This document shows positions 61,783 to 64,000 of a stretch of 64,000 nucleotides of DNA, one piece after another (positions within the stretch are counted from its first letter, which is position 1; the number at the start of each line of letters is the position of its first letter). The translations under genes and the position numbers were made by a program. The stretch is from Mobula hypostoma. Its lineage: Eukaryota. The DNA lies in assembly GCF_963921235.1 (NCBI RefSeq), contig NC_086108.1:7378001-7442000 (forward strand), read 5' to 3'. The notes beneath the pieces were generated by a model. That model was not told where the DNA came from. It saw only the letters and a list, made by a program, of their open reading frames with translations, and searched no databases.

Positions 61783-63194
61783 TATACAACCTGAAATTCA
61801 TACTCTTCACAGACATCCTCAAAGCGAGAAACCCCAAAGAGTGAATGACAGAAGAATTGCCGAACCCCAAAAGAGCCCCCCCCACTGCCATGCACGAGCA
61901 GCAGCAAAGCCTCTACCTTCCTCCTGCTTATTCCAACAGAAAGCATCATCCCCCACCCCCACCTACCCACCCACCATGCAAGCAACAGCTACTTCACTTT
62001 GAGGGTGGTGAGAGTGCGGAACGAGCTACTGTCAGGTTTGATTTAAGAGAAGTTTGGGTAAGCGCACGGATGGGAGGGGTGTGGAGAGCTATGGTCTGGG
62101 TGCGGGTCGATGGGATAGAATAACAGTTCGGCACGGACTAGATGGGCTGAAGGGCTGCAGCATTCTATGATAATGAATCTAGTGCCCGGAAGGGGAGGAG
62201 AGAGAGAGGGCGATTCATCATACCTGTTTGGTCTGATGACTTATCTCACAGGAGATGAGATGATGTAACCTTCCCTCTGTTGGCCTGCTATTGGTTCCCA
62301 GTGATGTAATCTACCTCTAAACTAACACAACAGCAGTGGAAAATCAATACAGTGGAAGAATGTGGCGTGAGAAGCCCCGATTGGTCGGAAGGTGATGATT
62401 TAAATATGAATGAGTATTGTCAAAGTGCTGGAGGCTCTAAGTGACCTTAGATCAGGAACTAAGCGTCAGTTGAAAACCTCAGTGCGGTCTCAGGGCAGAG
62501 CTCTCTGTTGTCGGGACTTTCAGCAAATATCAATTACCTCATGCTGCAGCAGTGCAGTGTACTTTCCAGATGTTTCTCAGGGCACAGCCAGCTGCTCTTT
62601 GAAATGACAGCGTGGGGCTCCGAGTCGCTCTGTACTCAGCCGGTGCCTCGAGAAGGCAGCATCCTCACCTCTCCTCTCGTCAGGGAAGGAGCCCGGGAGG
62701 TGGAGGGAGCAGGAAGAAGGGGAAGGGTCAGGAGGCAGGAGCCGGGGAATCAGAGAGTGCTGAAGACACACACTCAGTGCTTTAGAAACAGCTCCCCTCC
62801 GCCATGAATGGTCCATGAACCCATGAACAGATTTATAGTCATTTTATGTTTTTGCACGGTACAACAGATTTCAAGTCATTGACAATAGATCTGATACTGA
62901 TTCTGCCATAAGGGGTAAATATAAAGGTATGTCACCTCGGAACAGCGCATTATATTCCCCCGCGGTAGTCTACAAACTCGGTAACATGGAATTCTCCAGT
63001 CTCCGGTGAATGGCTTCCCATGAGTCCCCCTTCTCTCTCCCTCTGCCCTACCCTGTTCCTCTGACACCCAGACCAGTCCCAATCACCCACTCCTCCACAC
63101 CTTCCATCTGCCCGTCACTCACACCCTCCCCCCACGCAGTCTCCTACCCCGCTGTTCCTGTCTGCCCTCCCACCTCCCTACCTCTCCTCCTCCA

Positions 63195-64000
63195 TCACCT
63201 CGATCCCTCCATCACCTCGATGCACCCATCACCTCCCAGCCTCCGTCACTATTCCCACTCTCCCCTCCTCAATCAGCCTATCATCCCTCCTCACCTCGAT
63301 CCGCCCATCACCTCCCAGCCTCCGTCACTATTCACACTCTCCCCTCCTCCATCTGCCTATCATCCCTCCTCACCTCGATCCACCCATCACCACCCGGCCT
63401 CCGTCACTATTCACACTCTCCCCTCCTCCATCTGCTTGTCTCCCTCCTCACCTCGATCCACCCATCACCTCCCAGCCTCCGTCACTATTCACACTCTCCC
63501 CTCCTCCATCTGCTTGTCTCCCTCCTCACCTCGATCCGCCCATCACCTCCCAGCCTCCGTCACTATTCACACTCTCCCCTCCTCCATCTGCCTATCATCC
63601 TCCTCCCCTCGATCCGCCCAACACCTCCCAGCCTCCGTCACTATTCACACTCTCCCCTCCTCCATCTGCCTATCAAACCTCCTCACCTCGATCCGCCCAT
63701 CACCTCCCAGACTCCGTCACTATTCACACTCTCCCCTCCTCCATCTGCCTATCATCCCTCCTCGCCTCGATCCACCCATCACCTCCCAGACTCCGTCACT
63801 ATTCACACTCTCCCCTCCTCCATTGGCCTATCATCCCTCCTCGCCTCGATCCACCCATCAACTCCCAGCCTCTGTCACTATTCACACTCTCCCCTCCTCC
63901 ACCTCCCTATCATCCCTCTTCGCCTCGATCCACCCATCAACTCCCAGCCTCCGTCACTATTCACACTCTCCCCTCCTCCACCTCCCTATCCTCCCTCCTC
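63195..64000. repeat. C-rich 78-79-bp tandem repeat (~10 units, runs off the window)
   Basis: ctccgtcactatt recurs at 63241, 63320, 63399, 63477, 63555 and onward. Confidence 0.97.

Overview
Eukaryotic, repeat-saturated, apparently intergenic or intronic DNA. The repeat mix (CR1 and Rex1/Babar LINE 3' ends, tRNA-derived SINEs, Penelope-like elements) suggests a cartilaginous fish, probably a ray; this is inference. I found no intact protein-coding gene, rRNA, true tRNA or CRISPR array. Nearly all listed ORFs are transposable-element (TE) remnants or microsatellite artefacts. The window is a nested TE graveyard. It holds a degraded restriction-like-endonuclease (Hero-type) retrotransposon, several Penelope-like elements carrying minimal hammerhead ribozyme motifs and inverted ends, and hAT, Tc1/mariner, pogo/Tigger, PIF/Harbinger and Chapaev3-like DNA transposons, several with readable terminal inverted repeats (TIRs) and target-site duplications (TSDs). 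The most notable observations are: (1) two arrays of the same 95-bp unit derived from a Rex1 LINE 3' end, 47 kb apart, inverted, and sitting in different host copies; (2) a recurrent composite element bounded by two palindromic mini-MITEs that carries a captured LINE tail; (3) eight Penelope hammerhead motifs; (4) MER2/Tigger3-like and Chapaev3-like elements that are horizontal-transfer candidates; (5) two candidate minus-strand 5' exons. I cannot support a wholly new biological system from sequence alone. Family names come from motif recognition, not database searches.
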